Notes under the pieces: generated by a model
The model's database searches: none
Told to the model about the DNA's origin: nothing
What the model saw: only the letters and a program-made list of their open reading frames with translations
Part shown: positions 62,592 to 64,000 of the stretch, in pieces
How positions within the stretch are numbered: the stretch's first letter is position 1
Layout of the letters: each line of letters starts with the position of its first letter
DNA from: Candidatus Poribacteria bacterium
Lineage (GTDB): Bacteria > Poribacteria > WGA-4E > WGA-3G
NCBI GenBank assembly: GCA_963663765.2
Contig: CAXXUA010000003.1
Coordinates: 64,001-128,000, forward strand
Direction: 5' to 3'
DNA length: 64,000 bases
Position numbers and translations under genes: made by a program

Positions 62592-63296
62592 ATGCCGAAA
62601 AAGATTATCTTGACCAGTGTTTTGTTTCTAATAGGTTTGTCTTACGCATTAGGACATCTGATTGACGAAAAACTGCAGAACTTTCAATATAATGCCGAAT
62701 TCGTTACGGTCGCTCCTATTGTTGATGGATACCTGGATGACCCCGTTTGGGAAGATGCACTAACCGGTAAACTTGAACAAGAGATATCCAGTGGACATAA
62801 GTGGACAGATTCCGGCGATTTTACAGGTTCATTCAAAGCCGTCTGGCGTGGTGAATTCCTGTATATCGCAATCAAATTACAAGACGATCACATTGAAAGT
62901 TATCAATCTAAACCCTATATGGAAGATCAACTTATCCTACACATAGATGAATTTCACTATCAACGCAAAAGTGACCTACACCGCTATGAAATACCTGTAG
63001 GTGTAGAATCCGGTGCATTAAAAGCACCTTTGACTTCTATTGCTTGGGGTAGTGATGGGAAAACTTGTGAGCTCAGTTTCCGACTCGGAGACATCGCAGA
63101 TAAAGACAATGCAATCGGGTTCAGTATTGTCTATCACGATGTTGACAACGGACATTTACAAAACAAAATCGCATGGGGACCAGAAGGGTACACAGAACTA
63201 AACGAACTACTACCTGATCTTGTCTTCACAGCAAAAATTAACCCGAATTCACAGCAGAAATTAATACGATGGGGACAAATCAAAAGACTTTACTAA
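62592..63296 (+). CDS. Secreted CBM9/DOMON-like protein
   Basis: Signal peptide; APIVDGYLDDPVW, FKAVW…LYIAI…DD and IGFSI…DVD; C-terminal KLIRWGQIK. Confidence 0.75.
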   Translation: MPKKIILTSVLFLIGLSYALGHLIDEKLQNFQYNAEFVTVAPIVDGYLDDPVWEDALTGKLEQEISSGHKWTDSGDFTGSFKAVWRGEFLYIAIKLQDDHIESYQSKPYMEDQLILHIDEFHYQRKSDLHRYEIPVGVESGALKAPLTSIAWGSDGKTCELSFRLGDIADKDNAIGFSIVYHDVDNGHLQNKIAWGPEGYTELNELLPDLVFTAKINPNSQQKLIRWGQIKRLY

Positions 63297-63366
63297 CACA
63301 TATATCAGGGACAAACCCAACAACACTCACATAATTGTTGGATTTGTCCATAAAAAAGAGGCTCGC

Positions 63367-63549
63367 TTGTATTATTTCGGTAAAACTTTAGAACTCATGG
63401 GTATTGCTTGTTTAGGTGCTGCCCTCTTTTTAGGTCTTGTCAATCCTTTTGAATATAGTGAAACAAAGGCAATGGGTGTTGAAATGGGTTTCCTCACACT
63501 CGGCATTGTCGTCTTTTTCATCGGTAGGTTGATTGAAAAACGTTCTTAG
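63367..63549 (+). CDS. Small membrane protein
   Basis: GAGG RBS, TTG start, two hydrophobic helices. Confidence 0.7.
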   Translation: MYYFGKTLELMGIACLGAALFLGLVNPFEYSETKAMGVEMGFLTLGIVVFFIGRLIEKRS

Positions 63550-63586
63550 TAAATATCAAACCTGCCTTACTTCCGTAACGAACCCA

Positions 63587-64000
63587 TCAATCTTGATTAA
63601 AAAATAATTCAACTCTATCCTGTAGGAAATTAAACTTGTCCGACAATCTTTTCACGAATCCGATTTCTTTCATTTTCTTAGCATTCTTAGCGATTGTTTT
63701 GGGAGTGAACCGCATAAACTTTGTTGCTTCTCGCACCGTCATCTCGGCTTCACCTATTGTCCAGTCAGAATATATCTTGCGTGTAGTCCAATCCACAAAG
63801 ACGCGCTAAGTGATCTCTCCGTCAGCGAGCAACTGGCTCGGTGATCCTTTGCCTCTTGGCACGGCACACTTCTGGGGTCTACCATCTTTGTCCACCGGTG
63901 TATCCTGTGGATCACACTTGTGTTGTATAACTCTGTAGAAATATGCGCCATCGGACTTGCGTTTACCCTCAACGATAAGCCATCCGTTCTCAATAAGCCA
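63587..64000 (-). pseudogene. 3' part of a putative winged-helix protein with an internal TAG
   Basis: One frame reads LIENGWLIVEGKR…GEIT*RVFVDW…TIAKNAKKMKEIGFVKR; stop at 63806-63808. Confidence 0.55.

Overview
Bacterial chromosomal window. The gene content strongly suggests Candidatus Poribacteria or a similar sponge symbiont (inference): many secreted LRR, WD40 and TPR repeat proteins, LLxNYPNPFNP/FlgD-type C-terminal domains, two DUF1501 paralogs, a PSD1/DUF1553 cytochrome c, PhyH dioxygenases, Gfo/Idh/MocA oxidoreductases, FGE-sulfatase proteins, a TonB-dependent receptor and bioF. An accessory island at about 24.3-32.0 kb holds an IS982, a Cre-like tyrosine recombinase, a type II restriction-modification pair, a TnpB-only IS200/IS605-type element with one nonsense codon, and two homologous promoter-plus-structured-leader cassettes that look like an unrecognised ncRNA family. 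This last feature is the top candidate for a new system. The intergenic DNA is a dense set of nested non-autonomous elements: GTAG/GTGG REP-like palindromes inside at least five MITE shells, a MITE that duplicates 19-20 bp hairpin targets (one copy disrupts an FGE gene), 34-36 bp CAAATCAACG micro-elements inserted at C|G with no target duplication, and a 1.6 kb mirror-symmetric REP array. No rRNA, tRNA, CRISPR array, cas gene or reverse transcriptase was recognised.
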